A program made the position numbers and the translations under genes. A stretch of DNA of 64,000 nt from Opitutales bacterium (lineage in GTDB: Bacteria > Verrucomicrobiota > Verrucomicrobiia > Opitutales > UBA2995), in contig OZ252288.1 in the NCBI GenBank assembly GCA_965250065.1, positions 578,693 to 642,692 on the forward strand, read 5' to 3'. The notes under the pieces were generated by a model that saw only the letters and a program-made list of their open reading frames with translations, did no database searches and was not told the origin of the DNA. Positions 1 to 9,511 of the stretch are shown in pieces (position 1 is the first letter of the stretch; each line of letters begins with the position of its first letter).

Positions 1-749
1 CTCGCATGGAATACATGCTTCGTAGCGGAAAAAGTTCACTCGACCTGGTATTGGAAGACGCCCTACGCCTGCAAAAATCGCTGCCCGGAAGGGATAGCGA
101 TAAGCTGGAAGAGTATTTTGATTCCATGCGCTCCGTGGAGAAACGCATGTCCCATCAAATTGCCTCCATCAACGATCCACTTCCGACGACGGATTACAAA
201 CTTCCGGATTCCGATCCGATAACTCCCAACCTCCTGATAGAGGCGGAAACGCTCATGTACGACCTGATGGCCCTGGCCCTCGAAACCGATTCGAGCCGTG
301 TGCTGTCCTTCTTCATCGACGGTTTGGGACAGGTTTTCTCCTTTGACGGTAATGTTCTCAAAGCCGGTTATCATGGGTTGTCTCACCACGGCAATGATCC
401 TGAAATGATTAGGGACTTGATCGCCATCGAAACGGCACACATGCATTGCTTTAACGGTTTTCTCCAACAGCTAAAGGAAAAGAAAAATGCTCAAGGTAAA
501 TCCCTTTTGGATGATACCATTGTTCTGGTGGGAACGGGAATGGGTAACGCCAGTCGTCACTCCAACGGCAACTTGCCAACCCTGGTGGCGGGGGGAGGCT
601 TCAAGCATGGAAGCCACATGGCCATTGATGCATCCAAACCCGATGCGCCCCTCCTCGGCGACCTGTATATTACTTTGATGCAAAGACTGGGCGTGGAGAC
701 CAATTCCTTCTCCAACGCATCCCGGAATTTGAATCACCTTCTTTCCTGA
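1..749 (+). CDS. DUF1552-family protein, C-terminal 247 aa (5' end upstream of window)
   Basis: The ORF is open to the window edge. It is about 90% identical by eye to 27773-28524, the 3' part of the complete paralog 27235-28524. Motifs GYHGLSHHGND and GNASRHSNGNLPTLVAGGGFKHG are present. Confidence 0.85.
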   Translation, partial: RMEYMLRSGKSSLDLVLEDALRLQKSLPGRDSDKLEEYFDSMRSVEKRMSHQIASINDPLPTTDYKLPDSDPITPNLLIEAETLMYDLMALALETDSSRVLSFFIDGLGQVFSFDGNVLKAGYHGLSHHGNDPEMIRDLIAIETAHMHCFNGFLQQLKEKKNAQGKSLLDDTIVLVGTGMGNASRHSNGNLPTLVAGGGFKHGSHMAIDASKPDAPLLGDLYITLMQRLGVETNSFSNASRNLNHLLS

Positions 750-3367
750 TGGGTAATAAGAGCAAATTTGTTTTGCTGCTTCTTTACACGGCAGCGGCAA
801 AACTGCACGCGACAAACGGTAGCCCGATTCCGGATACACCCTTAAACATCCTTTCCAACTACTGCTTGAATTGCCACGACGAGGTGGAGATGAAAGGAGA
901 TGTCAACCTGGACCATTTGTCAGTCGACTGGACTCGGGGGGAAAACCTCGAGCTCTGGGAACGGGTTCTTCACATGGCTGAAGAGGGGAAAATGCCGCCG
1001 GAAGAGAAGCGACAGCCCTCCGTAGAGGAACGTGCCACCCTTGTGGCGTGGTTGGATGAAACGCTTCGGAAACACACACCCATAGGGGGTACACTTCCAC
1101 GCCGTCTCAGCCAGGCCGAGTATCGAGCCACCATCCAGGACTTGTTCGGCCTCCCGGAATTTGAGCTGCCTCTCGGCTTTCCCAAAGATTCGGAATATCA
1201 CGGCTTCAACAACGTGGGGGAGGGCTTGGTCCTGTCCCCTCCTCTCATGGAAGCCTATGCCAAAGTAGCTCAACAAATCGCGGAGCAGGTCTACCCACCC
1301 GAGGGGTCAGCGCCGAAACATTCCATTCGCTCTGCCGGACCGGAGGACATGGTCCTCAGCTTTTCCGCAGCTACCGTTGTAGGAGATGTATTAAGACTCG
1401 CTTCTCGTAGCGAAACCATCATGCGTAGTTGCACCTGGCCGAGCCGGATCGAAATCATGGCTTCGGGAACCTACCGCATCACTATCAGCGCATCGACATT
1501 TCGTCCCAAAACGGACGAACCCATGAAGTTGGAGCTCCGTGCAAGGGAACTCACCGCCAGTGACCGATCAAACGTGAACACCTTCCGGTTACTCGAGGCG
1601 TTTGAGTTTTCCTCCTATTCACCACAGACTTACACTTTCGAAGCCGATCTCTATGAAGGACAGACCGTGCTTCTGCGTTGGTCAAACGCGGAGATGACCC
1701 ATGAGTTTAACGCGCTTGCCGACCAATTGGGAGCCTGGTTCGAAAGGGATCCACGCCTCCTGGCCTCCTGGCAAAAAACCGTTTTTCCGGATGGCGATTT
1801 AAGCGAAACGAGAATCTCTCAGCTCCGCGGTAAAAACGGCTGGGACATTGTCACCCGTAACCTTGCCGATCCGGATCTCGACATGAGCCAGGCCACCATG
1901 GATTCGGAGACGACCAAAGCATTGATGAAAATCGTTCGCTCTTTGCAGGGCACCTATTCGGTGGCGGACGCCATGTGCCATTACTATTTCCAGAATGGAC
2001 CGTCCCTGCAATTCCACGGAATCACGGTCGAAGGCCCCATAAAAATTGTTGACGGCCCCAAGGAAAAACTGAGCAAGAAACTGCGAGAGCGGTTTACCGG
2101 TGTGCGGAAACCCGACCAGTCAGACGAGGATTTCGCCGGTCAGATCCTGGAGCGATTCCTCCCCCAAGCCTTTCGCCGGCCGGTGGACAGGCTATCCGTA
2201 GATACCTTTCTCAGCATCGCGAAACAACACTGGGCAGAAGGTAACTCCTTTGACGAGGGCATGCATTTGCTGATTCGAAGCATCCTGATATCTCCACGTT
2301 TTCTCTACCGGTCACTGGACCCCACCGAAATGGACGACTACGACCTGGCCAGCCGCCTATCTTATTTCATGACCCGGTCACCCCCCGACACACAACTCGT
2401 CAAGTTGGCCCAAAACGGTCGATTGTCCGATCCGGAAGTTCTGGGTGGAGAGGCGCTACGCCTGCTCCCCGATAGTCCATCAGATGCCATGGTCCAGAGT
2501 TTCACCAGTCATTGGCTGGATACCAAGCTATTGCCTGAGATTATGCCCGACCCCGTTTTTGATTTCAGCGAAGCGGAAATCGCCACTGCCAAGAGTGAGG
2601 TGGAGCATTTTTTCGCGGCCATGCTCAGGGATAATCTACCGATGACCGATTTTATCGATCCAGATTTCACCTACACTTCCTTGAAATTTGCCAAGGAGAA
2701 TTACCACTACGTTCACAGCGGTAATTCAGAAGTCGACACCGAATTCGAAAAGGAGGACTCCCAAATAGGGCGACTCCCCATGCCGCGAGGAGGCCGTTTT
2801 GGAGGATTGCTGGGACAATCGGCCATCATGATGGCCACCGCCAACGGAGTGGACACCCAACCGGTTCTACGTGGGGTCTGGGTGTTGGAAAACATTCTGG
2901 GCACCCCACCACCCGAGCCGCCGCAGAATGTGCCCGCCCTCACTCCCGATATCCGCGGAGCCAAAACACCGCGGGAAATGCTTGCAGCCCACATGGATGA
3001 CAAGGCTTGCTCCACCTGCCACAGCCGCATCGACCCCTTAGGACTTATGCTGGAGAATTTCGACCCGGTCGGCAATTGGCGGGAAGTATGGCCCAAAGTG
3101 AACGCCCCCATCGATTCCGCCGTCGTCCTTCCGGATGGCACCCACATTAATGACATCACCGATTTCAAAGCTTGGCTGGTGGCCAACATCGATTTGTTCT
3201 CTCAATGTCTGGCCGAAAAGCTCATGATCTACGCAACCGGGCGCGTTCCCAACTACTCCGAGCGAAAAGAGATCGAAGGCATCGTTCAACAAAACCACAA
3301 CAACAGTAACGGCTTCCAGGATCTCCTCCTGGCCCTCATCACCAGCGAGACTTTCCGCACAAAATGA
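749..3367 (+). CDS. DUF1592/DUF1588-type multidomain protein with N-terminal CxxCH haem-c motif
   Basis: 872-aa ORF with a TGATG stop/start overlap to the upstream gene. It has a signal-like N-terminus and CLNCHD. Other motifs: RRLSQAEYRATIQDLFG, ASRLSYFMTRSPPD, and CSTCHSRIDPLGLMLENFDPVGNWR near the C-terminus. Confidence 0.85.
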   Translation: MGNKSKFVLLLLYTAAAKLHATNGSPIPDTPLNILSNYCLNCHDEVEMKGDVNLDHLSVDWTRGENLELWERVLHMAEEGKMPPEEKRQPSVEERATLVAWLDETLRKHTPIGGTLPRRLSQAEYRATIQDLFGLPEFELPLGFPKDSEYHGFNNVGEGLVLSPPLMEAYAKVAQQIAEQVYPPEGSAPKHSIRSAGPEDMVLSFSAATVVGDVLRLASRSETIMRSCTWPSRIEIMASGTYRITISASTFRPKTDEPMKLELRARELTASDRSNVNTFRLLEAFEFSSYSPQTYTFEADLYEGQTVLLRWSNAEMTHEFNALADQLGAWFERDPRLLASWQKTVFPDGDLSETRISQLRGKNGWDIVTRNLADPDLDMSQATMDSETTKALMKIVRSLQGTYSVADAMCHYYFQNGPSLQFHGITVEGPIKIVDGPKEKLSKKLRERFTGVRKPDQSDEDFAGQILERFLPQAFRRPVDRLSVDTFLSIAKQHWAEGNSFDEGMHLLIRSILISPRFLYRSLDPTEMDDYDLASRLSYFMTRSPPDTQLVKLAQNGRLSDPEVLGGEALRLLPDSPSDAMVQSFTSHWLDTKLLPEIMPDPVFDFSEAEIATAKSEVEHFFAAMLRDNLPMTDFIDPDFTYTSLKFAKENYHYVHSGNSEVDTEFEKEDSQIGRLPMPRGGRFGGLLGQSAIMMATANGVDTQPVLRGVWVLENILGTPPPEPPQNVPALTPDIRGAKTPREMLAAHMDDKACSTCHSRIDPLGLMLENFDPVGNWREVWPKVNAPIDSAVVLPDGTHINDITDFKAWLVANIDLFSQCLAEKLMIYATGRVPNYSERKEIEGIVQQNHNNSNGFQDLLLALITSETFRTK

Positions 3368-3692
3368 GGAAAAGGGGAATGGCCCTTTTAAGGAACTTTA
3401 GGACGAAATTTCACTCAAACCCCACGGCCGCGTTGGGGTCATTCGCGCATTTAACGCCGCCTGAAAAGGGCAAGCATACGCTTATTTTAAATGCGGGAAT
3501 ATGGAACCTGACCCGTATGCCACTTAGTTAAGCAGGCCGCCAGCCGGGATCATGCCGTGGAAAAGTGATGCCTTCTGCAAGAAAAGGGTCAGTCTTTTAT
3601 TTTTGATTCCGGTGAATGTAACGCCAACGGCGTTGAACTCCAAAGCCCAGCCTCGCGTAGCCCACGCTGGGTTACCGATCACCCAAATGACT

Positions 3693-3767
3693 GAACCCCA
3701 ACGGGGTTCCACAAATTGGATGCATATTTGTTTGGAATTGATTCGATGTGGAACCCCGTTGGGGTTC
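3693..3767. repeat. Perfect 21-bp inverted repeat (double-hairpin palindrome) in a convergent intergenic spacer
   Basis: GAACCCCAACGGGGTTCCACA (3693-3713) is the exact reverse complement of TGTGGAACCCCGTTGGGGTTC (3747-3767). Each arm is itself a small hairpin (AACCCC/GGGGTT). Outer imperfect arms CCAAAGCCCAG / CTGGGCTTTGG lie at about 3640 and 3810. Confidence 0.85.
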
Positions 3768-3996
3768 GTTATTTATTGCTAATTCCTACCCAGTGTGCGC
3801 TGCGCGACACTGGGCTTTGGAATGGAACTGCTTTGCAGTTCATGCTACCGATCACCCAATTGTAGCGATTGCTTTGAGGCCGTTGCGGGGGATCGCGGCT
3901 TAAAGCCGCTCCTACGATGACCCCTTTCCATCTCCCTGCATTCTTTGGGCCTTTGCGAGAGCTGATTCACACCATCCAACCCATGACCCGAACGGC

Positions 3997-6588
3997 CTAC
4001 TTTGAGAGAAAGATTTTACTCTGAGCCACGGCATGAATCAAGGACCGGAATCCATAGCCCTCCTCACTCAGCGCTTCCACGATCTGGTCGATCTCGCGGC
4101 GGTCGGCGAACTCAATTTCAGCGCCGGTTGCGTAGGTGAGTACCTGGTTCACCATATTCCTGGCTATCTGATCGATGTCTGAGAGAGCAAGCGCTTTGAA
4201 TCCTTCGATATTCTTAAATGACTGGCCGTCCGGAAGTTCATAACTGGCATCCACAACCGGTCCAGCATTCCATTTTCCCTTGGGATTGATGGCCCGGTAG
4301 TGATCTCTCCAACCTCCTATTACATCGTAATTTTCAAGGGCAAACCCCGGGGGATCGATCTTCTGGTGACAGACCATGCAGGATTCAATCGATCGGTGCT
4401 TATCGAGTTGATTTCGGATGGAGGAAACCCCTCGAATATCAGGTTCTATCGCTGGGACCTGGTCCGGCGGAGGAGGAATGTATCTACCCAAAATGCGCTC
4501 CATCAGCCAGACGCCGCGAATAATGGGTGAGGTAGTCGTTCCATTCGCCGTGACCTTCAACACACTGGCCTGAGTGATGAAGCCACCTCGATGTTGGCCT
4601 TTATTGAGCGGTACTTTCCGCAGCCCGGTATCAGTTCCAAAGTCCAAACCATAGTGTTTGGCGATACGCTCATTGAGAATGGTAAAATCGGAATCGATCA
4701 CATGACTCACACTCAGGTTCTCCTCGATCATGTGCTTCAGGAAAGCTCGCGTTTCATCCAGCATGGAATGAAGAAGAATGTTATCAAATTCCGGGTAAAG
4801 CTTTGCATCGGGCGTAGTGAAATTGATGTCTCTGAGCTCGAGCCAACTGTCTGAAAAATTCCGCACGAAGGCTTTCGCCTTGGGATCGTTCAGCATGCGC
4901 TCGACTTGCTCCCTTAGATACTTAGGATGCGACAAACGTTGCTTTCTGGCTTGCTCAATCAGCTCTTCGTCCGGAGGGCTACTCCACAGAAAATAGCTTA
5001 ATCGAGAAGCGATGTTGTAGTCATCCAGTTTACCAGGTTTCTCGGCAAAGTAGAGAAAGCGGTGGGAAGAAAGTATGGCACGATACCCGGCCTTTAGCGC
5101 TTTTAAAAGCGATCCGCTCGCATCGAGCGCTTCTATCGCAAACTGGTAATAAGGACTTAATTCAGAGGACCTCACGGGTCGGCGAAACGCTCGCTCAGCG
5201 AATCTTGTCATTAGCGTTTTTAGGTCCTTCTCAGGTCTCTGGCTAACGAGCTCTCCATCCTGTAGGGCGAGCTTACCAAATAGCCGCCCCTGGAGTTCCG
5301 GTGGCTCCAGTCCCGGGAATATACGCTCTATTTCCAAGCTTGCGACCGCGATCCCTGCGGCCTTATCGATAACGGAAAGGTCTTGAATGGCTTTCGAAGA
5401 TACCCATTTGATCGTTTTATCGATCGGTTGGATGCCAATGATGTGATCTTTCCGAATCCAGGCATCAAAGGTAAATTCTTGAATCTCACTAGTAGCCTCA
5501 AATTTTCCGACCCAATAAACCGCGGGGGCCTTCGCGCGCAGAATACCCGTGTGGATACGTCCCCATACATTGCGTCCTGGGGGCGGGTTATGGGCTTTTG
5601 CTCTCACCTTTATGCGATACCAACCGGTTGCAGGAACTTCCGTCCCGGCCATTCGTCCATGAAAACCATGCGTGGTTGGGAAACTGTATACATAACCGTC
5701 ATTGTAAACCCCCTGACGCTCATTAGCTATCCGCTCGACACCAATTCCTAATTCTTTAGGACCAAAGACACGCTTGAAGGGACCCGAGGTCAGCCTCTCC
5801 ATAATTTCTGCGTTCCTCGTCATGGTACCTTCCAGATCCAGGGGCAAATTCATATCCACCCACTCCCCGTCCGTGTAACGGTAGGTCTTGTTTTCATCGG
5901 TGTGAAAAAGCTTTTTCCCCTCCCAATGGAAAATGGAACCAAACTTAGAATCGATCACCGTTGGTTGCATTTCCATGGGTAAGGGATCTTCCGCATGTGG
6001 CGGAGGATTGATCGCCCGCCGGAAGGATTCCTCCAACATGAGATCGACAATCCCAAGATACTTCTGAAGCAGATAATAGGATATCTGCTGTCCTTCAGCA
6101 ATATGGCTAAATCCATCGGTGGTGAGGTCTTCGGGCAACAATTCGAGGACCGGAATTTTGACGCCAAGTAAATCATGAATTGTATTTTCATACTCGATAC
6201 GACTCAGGCGGCGCGATCTGACGCGTCCTTCCGCTAGCAATCGCTCACGGGAGACCTCGTGTAGAACATTTTCAAAATCCTCCAGAAATGCCGCCCGTTC
6301 GTCTGGCTCGACCAGTGAATCCTCCGGAGGCGGCATCTCGCCGTCCCTGACTCGATCATGCAAAAATGCCCAAAAATTCATCGTCGAGGGATCGGATGGA
6401 TTGAAAATAAGCGACTCCAGGTCGAGTTCGCCCTTCCTATCCACACCATTGTGGCATTCGTAGCAATTCAGGTCGAAGAACTTACTCACGACAGGAGGAA
6501 GTTCATACGAATCAACATCCCTAGCCCAGACCTGCAGTCCGGCTGAAATAAGCAGGAAAATGGGAACCAGAGGTCGCATGTCGGACAT
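3997..6588 (-). CDS. DUF1592/DUF1588-type protein with CxxCH motif (paralog)
   Basis: 863-aa ORF with a signal-like N-terminus. Motifs: CYECHNG, RRLSRIEYENTIHDLLG, ASRLSYFLWSSPPD, CMVCHQKIDPPGFALENYDVIGGWR. Confidence 0.85.
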   Translation of the reverse strand: MSDMRPLVPIFLLISAGLQVWARDVDSYELPPVVSKFFDLNCYECHNGVDRKGELDLESLIFNPSDPSTMNFWAFLHDRVRDGEMPPPEDSLVEPDERAAFLEDFENVLHEVSRERLLAEGRVRSRRLSRIEYENTIHDLLGVKIPVLELLPEDLTTDGFSHIAEGQQISYYLLQKYLGIVDLMLEESFRRAINPPPHAEDPLPMEMQPTVIDSKFGSIFHWEGKKLFHTDENKTYRYTDGEWVDMNLPLDLEGTMTRNAEIMERLTSGPFKRVFGPKELGIGVERIANERQGVYNDGYVYSFPTTHGFHGRMAGTEVPATGWYRIKVRAKAHNPPPGRNVWGRIHTGILRAKAPAVYWVGKFEATSEIQEFTFDAWIRKDHIIGIQPIDKTIKWVSSKAIQDLSVIDKAAGIAVASLEIERIFPGLEPPELQGRLFGKLALQDGELVSQRPEKDLKTLMTRFAERAFRRPVRSSELSPYYQFAIEALDASGSLLKALKAGYRAILSSHRFLYFAEKPGKLDDYNIASRLSYFLWSSPPDEELIEQARKQRLSHPKYLREQVERMLNDPKAKAFVRNFSDSWLELRDINFTTPDAKLYPEFDNILLHSMLDETRAFLKHMIEENLSVSHVIDSDFTILNERIAKHYGLDFGTDTGLRKVPLNKGQHRGGFITQASVLKVTANGTTTSPIIRGVWLMERILGRYIPPPPDQVPAIEPDIRGVSSIRNQLDKHRSIESCMVCHQKIDPPGFALENYDVIGGWRDHYRAINPKGKWNAGPVVDASYELPDGQSFKNIEGFKALALSDIDQIARNMVNQVLTYATGAEIEFADRREIDQIVEALSEEGYGFRSLIHAVAQSKIFLSK

Positions 6589-6635
6589 GTCAAAAAAGGG
6601 TTGGGAGGAGGCGGTAGAAGGGCTGGTTCCTTTTC

Positions 6636-7940
6636 CTACACCATCTCCAAACCGGTCATCTCACCAGTGCTTGTGGCGAAGCGATCAACCTCCAATCCAT
6701 GACGGCGTAGAATGCTGAAGTAAAGATTGGGGAGCGGATAATTATTGGCTGTATCAAAAGGCAAGTGCTGACCGTGCTTGAATCCTCCTCCGGCCAGGAC
6801 CACCGGCATGTTCCGGTTGTCGTGGGAACTGGCGTTTCCGAGGTTGGAGGTCAAGAGAACGCTGGTGGTGTCGAGCATCGAGCCGTTCGACTCTTCCGCA
6901 CCTTTGAGGTCGCGCAAGAAATCACCCCATTTTCTAACCAGCTCGGTTTCAACAAGAGTGAGCTGCTCAATTTTATCTTCATCGAGTCCGTGGTGACTCA
7001 AGCTGTGGTAGCCTTCTTCCACGCCTTCAATCGGCACAGCGCCGCCTTCCCCATTGAGGTGAACGGTGATAAAGCGGGTCGAGTCGGTCTGCAGTGCCAG
7101 GAACATGACGTCGAGCATAAGTTTTTTGCGGTCAATGATCGCATCGCTGTTTTCAATATCGACAGGCGCTTTCATGTTCACTTTCGGCTTGGGTCTAAGC
7201 GCCCATTTCTGCGCCTCACCCAGGCGCTTTTCGAAATTGCGGACCGATGTAAAGTACTGATCCATCTTCTGGCGGTCTCCCGAACTCAGGTTTTTCTCCA
7301 CTCGCTTCACATCCGCGGCAACGACATCCATGATGCTCCGGCCCTGTTTCAAACGCTCGACTTGCCGAGCTTTTTGTTCAGGCGTATCAGGGATGAAAAG
7401 CTGATTGAACACGTCGGACGGAGATTCCTCCGCAGGAATCATACTTCCTGATTCCGTGTAGGAAGCGCTGGTGGTTCCGTTGATGTCGAGCACCAGTGAC
7501 GGGAACCGCGTGTGATGGCCTTGATACTTCGCCAGATACTGATCCAAAGAAATAGAGTTTTTAAATGCGGCGTTACGCGAATACGGTGCAGCCGTAAGAA
7601 TACTGCCCTCCGCTTGGTGTCCACCACTCACACCAGGATGCGAGGAGCCCGTCACAATGGTCATATCTCCAAGCAAATCTTTTACTTCGGAAAGGTAAAG
7701 GGATGGCGCATAGTTTCGACCCGTTTCCTTTGGATTAAGATTAGGTCCATGTAAACCCAGAGCTAGCGTCACCGCAACAAACCGCCTCGGAGGCTGGTGG
7801 GCAATTGAGGATGCAAAGGCCGGCGTCATGGCTTCCAGCCAGGGCAGCGCCATGGATGCGCCGGCGCCCTTAAGGAAGGTCCGCCGGGAAAGCGACTTGG
7901 AGAAATTAAAGTATACCTTTTTCATACCTGGGTAGATCAA
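6636..7940 (-). CDS. DUF1552-family protein with twin-arginine signal
   Basis: 434-aa ORF. Motifs: SRRTFLKGAGASMALPWL (Tat-like), GYHSLSHHG, GNASSHDNRNMPVVLAGGGFKHG. It lies 47 bp upstream of, and co-oriented with, 3997-6588. Confidence 0.85.
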   Translation of the reverse strand: MIYPGMKKVYFNFSKSLSRRTFLKGAGASMALPWLEAMTPAFASSIAHQPPRRFVAVTLALGLHGPNLNPKETGRNYAPSLYLSEVKDLLGDMTIVTGSSHPGVSGGHQAEGSILTAAPYSRNAAFKNSISLDQYLAKYQGHHTRFPSLVLDINGTTSASYTESGSMIPAEESPSDVFNQLFIPDTPEQKARQVERLKQGRSIMDVVAADVKRVEKNLSSGDRQKMDQYFTSVRNFEKRLGEAQKWALRPKPKVNMKAPVDIENSDAIIDRKKLMLDVMFLALQTDSTRFITVHLNGEGGAVPIEGVEEGYHSLSHHGLDEDKIEQLTLVETELVRKWGDFLRDLKGAEESNGSMLDTTSVLLTSNLGNASSHDNRNMPVVLAGGGFKHGQHLPFDTANNYPLPNLYFSILRRHGLEVDRFATSTGEMTGLEMV

Positions 7941-8042
7941 GAGGTTTGGGACAAAACAATCTTAGGAATAGGGACAGATATTTATAGAATCAATCACATT
8001 ATAGCAATGTCGCGTCGGCTTAACAGTTGACCAACAAATTGC

Positions 8043-8248
8043 GGAGAAGGAAGGGGTCAAGACGTAAAAAGTTATGCCTTACAGGGTCAGTCGTCTTGTA
8101 AAAGTGTATGGAGTACAACGGAATACTGCCCCTCGGGGTCGGGTCGGAAAATCGTGCGCGCCAGTGCAGGATTTCGGACCTGACCCCTTGCGCCGCTTCC
8201 CCGAAGCCTTTTCTTTCGGAAGGCGTCACTTTTCTACGGCATGACCCC
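8043..8248 (-). repeat. 206-bp interspersed repeat, family F (copy 1)
   Basis: It is the reverse complement of 49206-49411, same length and about 93% identical by eye. A partial relative lies at 3523-3600. The ORFs predicted across it recur in both copies and are treated as spurious. Confidence 0.85.
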
Positions 8249-8440
8249 GGCAGTAAAACGATCGACGCCTACAAGGTCCGCAATGAGCAGGTCCGCAATG
8301 AACGGGCAAGGGGCATTCCTCACCCCACCATTTTTCTGGTGGATAACAAAGGAGTAATTGCCATGAAACTGAGGGAAGAATCCTATCGCGATCGTCCGAC
8401 GGTGGAAGAAATCCTGGCCGCAGCGAAGGGGATGGATTGA
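8249..8440 (+). pseudogene. C-terminal remnant of a redoxin/peroxiredoxin-like gene truncated at a repeat boundary
   Basis: Only ...IDAYKV...GIPHPTIFLVDNKGVIAMKLREESYRDRPTVEEILAAA* remains, which resembles the end of AhpC/TSA-redoxin proteins. Everything upstream in the same ORF is family F repeat sequence. Confidence 0.45.
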
Positions 8441-8441
8441 T

Positions 8442-8806
8442 CGAGTGTGGTGTCCCAGAAATTTTCTACTGTGCTCCGGAATATCGGCCCTGGTGCGGAC
8501 CTCGCTGGAGAGAGGGGTCTATCGAGGAGCGGATGCGACGACACCTCAACGAGCATAGCGCAGTTTCGAGCGGAGCGACACCAACATAAAAACCTTGCAT
8601 CTAGCATTAACATGCGAGATACTAAGGAATGACCCCGAGTGTCGACCCGGCTTCACCCGCGCATCCGCTCGAAACCCGCACCAGCACTCGACCTTCGTTC
8701 GCTCGCCACGAAGTGGGTGATGTCGCGTTTGCTCGGTAGGGTGATGTCGCGTTCGCTCGGTAGGTAAGATGTCGCGTTCGCTCGGTAGTGAGACATGCGG
8801 GTTAAC
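8442..8806. repeat. Composite mosaic repeat (B-type end, inverted A core, nested C module, 3 x 24-25 bp minisatellite, A-type end)
   Basis: Layout in order:
- CGAGTGTGGTGTCCCAGAAAT at 8442.
- Reverse-complement A core at 8463-8508 and 8640-8715.
- C module at 8513-8589.
- Tandem units at 8716-8739, 8740-8763 and 8764-8788, each ending CTCGGTAG.
- TGAGACATGCGGGTTAAC at 8789-8806.

The 8640-8806 part mirrors 33358-33540. Confidence 0.8.
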
Positions 8807-8842
8807 AAAAAGGCCTACAAATTCTGGGAAAAATTAAGAATT

Positions 8843-9511
8843 TCACGTTAGCGACTCTGATATCTTTCCGACCTCAATCAACTCTCTCACTTTTGAAACG
8901 GATTCTATCAGAATCTCCCTGCTTTCAGATTTTAACTCCTCAAGATCTCCTCCTTCAAAATAAACCAAAGCCTTTAGGCACTCACTGGGTTGAAATTTAT
9001 TTCCGAACAACGCTTTTGCCGCCCCAAGACCTCTTTCTAATTCGACGCCAGATCTGATGATTTCAACAATGTCTATGTAGTCCTTTTTCTCAATTCTCTG
9101 CAAGACCACCTTTAACTTACTTGCCAGAAGATCGATTAAAGATGCGACTCTCACCTGTCCTCCACTAATAAGCTCAGGATTTCCAACTCGTCCCGAATCA
9201 ATGGTCCCGAAAAATGAAAGCTTCACTTCATTTTCAAGACCCGATCCAGCGAGAACAGTTAGACTATTGGGAGTTTCATGTATCACAGTCGCTGTTTCCA
9301 AGAAATTCATCCGCTGCAGTAGAAACTCCTTGTTTAACACTTCATCTGAAAAAAAGTCGAAGTCAACAGATTGGCGGTGCCCTAGACGTAAAGCAATTGC
9401 AGTTCCTCCATACAAAACAAATCCTAATTCAACCGCGGGCTCCAATCCTGAAAGCAGAGCCAATTGAGCTTCGGTTAAAATTGATAGATTCGGCTCAAAC
9501 GCTTGGCTCAT
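8843..9511 (-). CDS. Nucleotidyltransferase AbiEii/AbiGii-family toxin (type IV TA)
   Basis: 222-aa ORF. The N-terminal FVLYGGTAIALRLGHRQSVDFDFF matches the GGTAL...R.S.DiDF signature recalled for DUF1814/AbiEii. Confidence 0.7.
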   Translation of the reverse strand: MSQAFEPNLSILTEAQLALLSGLEPAVELGFVLYGGTAIALRLGHRQSVDFDFFSDEVLNKEFLLQRMNFLETATVIHETPNSLTVLAGSGLENEVKLSFFGTIDSGRVGNPELISGGQVRVASLIDLLASKLKVVLQRIEKKDYIDIVEIIRSGVELERGLGAAKALFGNKFQPSECLKALVYFEGGDLEELKSESREILIESVSKVRELIEVGKISESLT

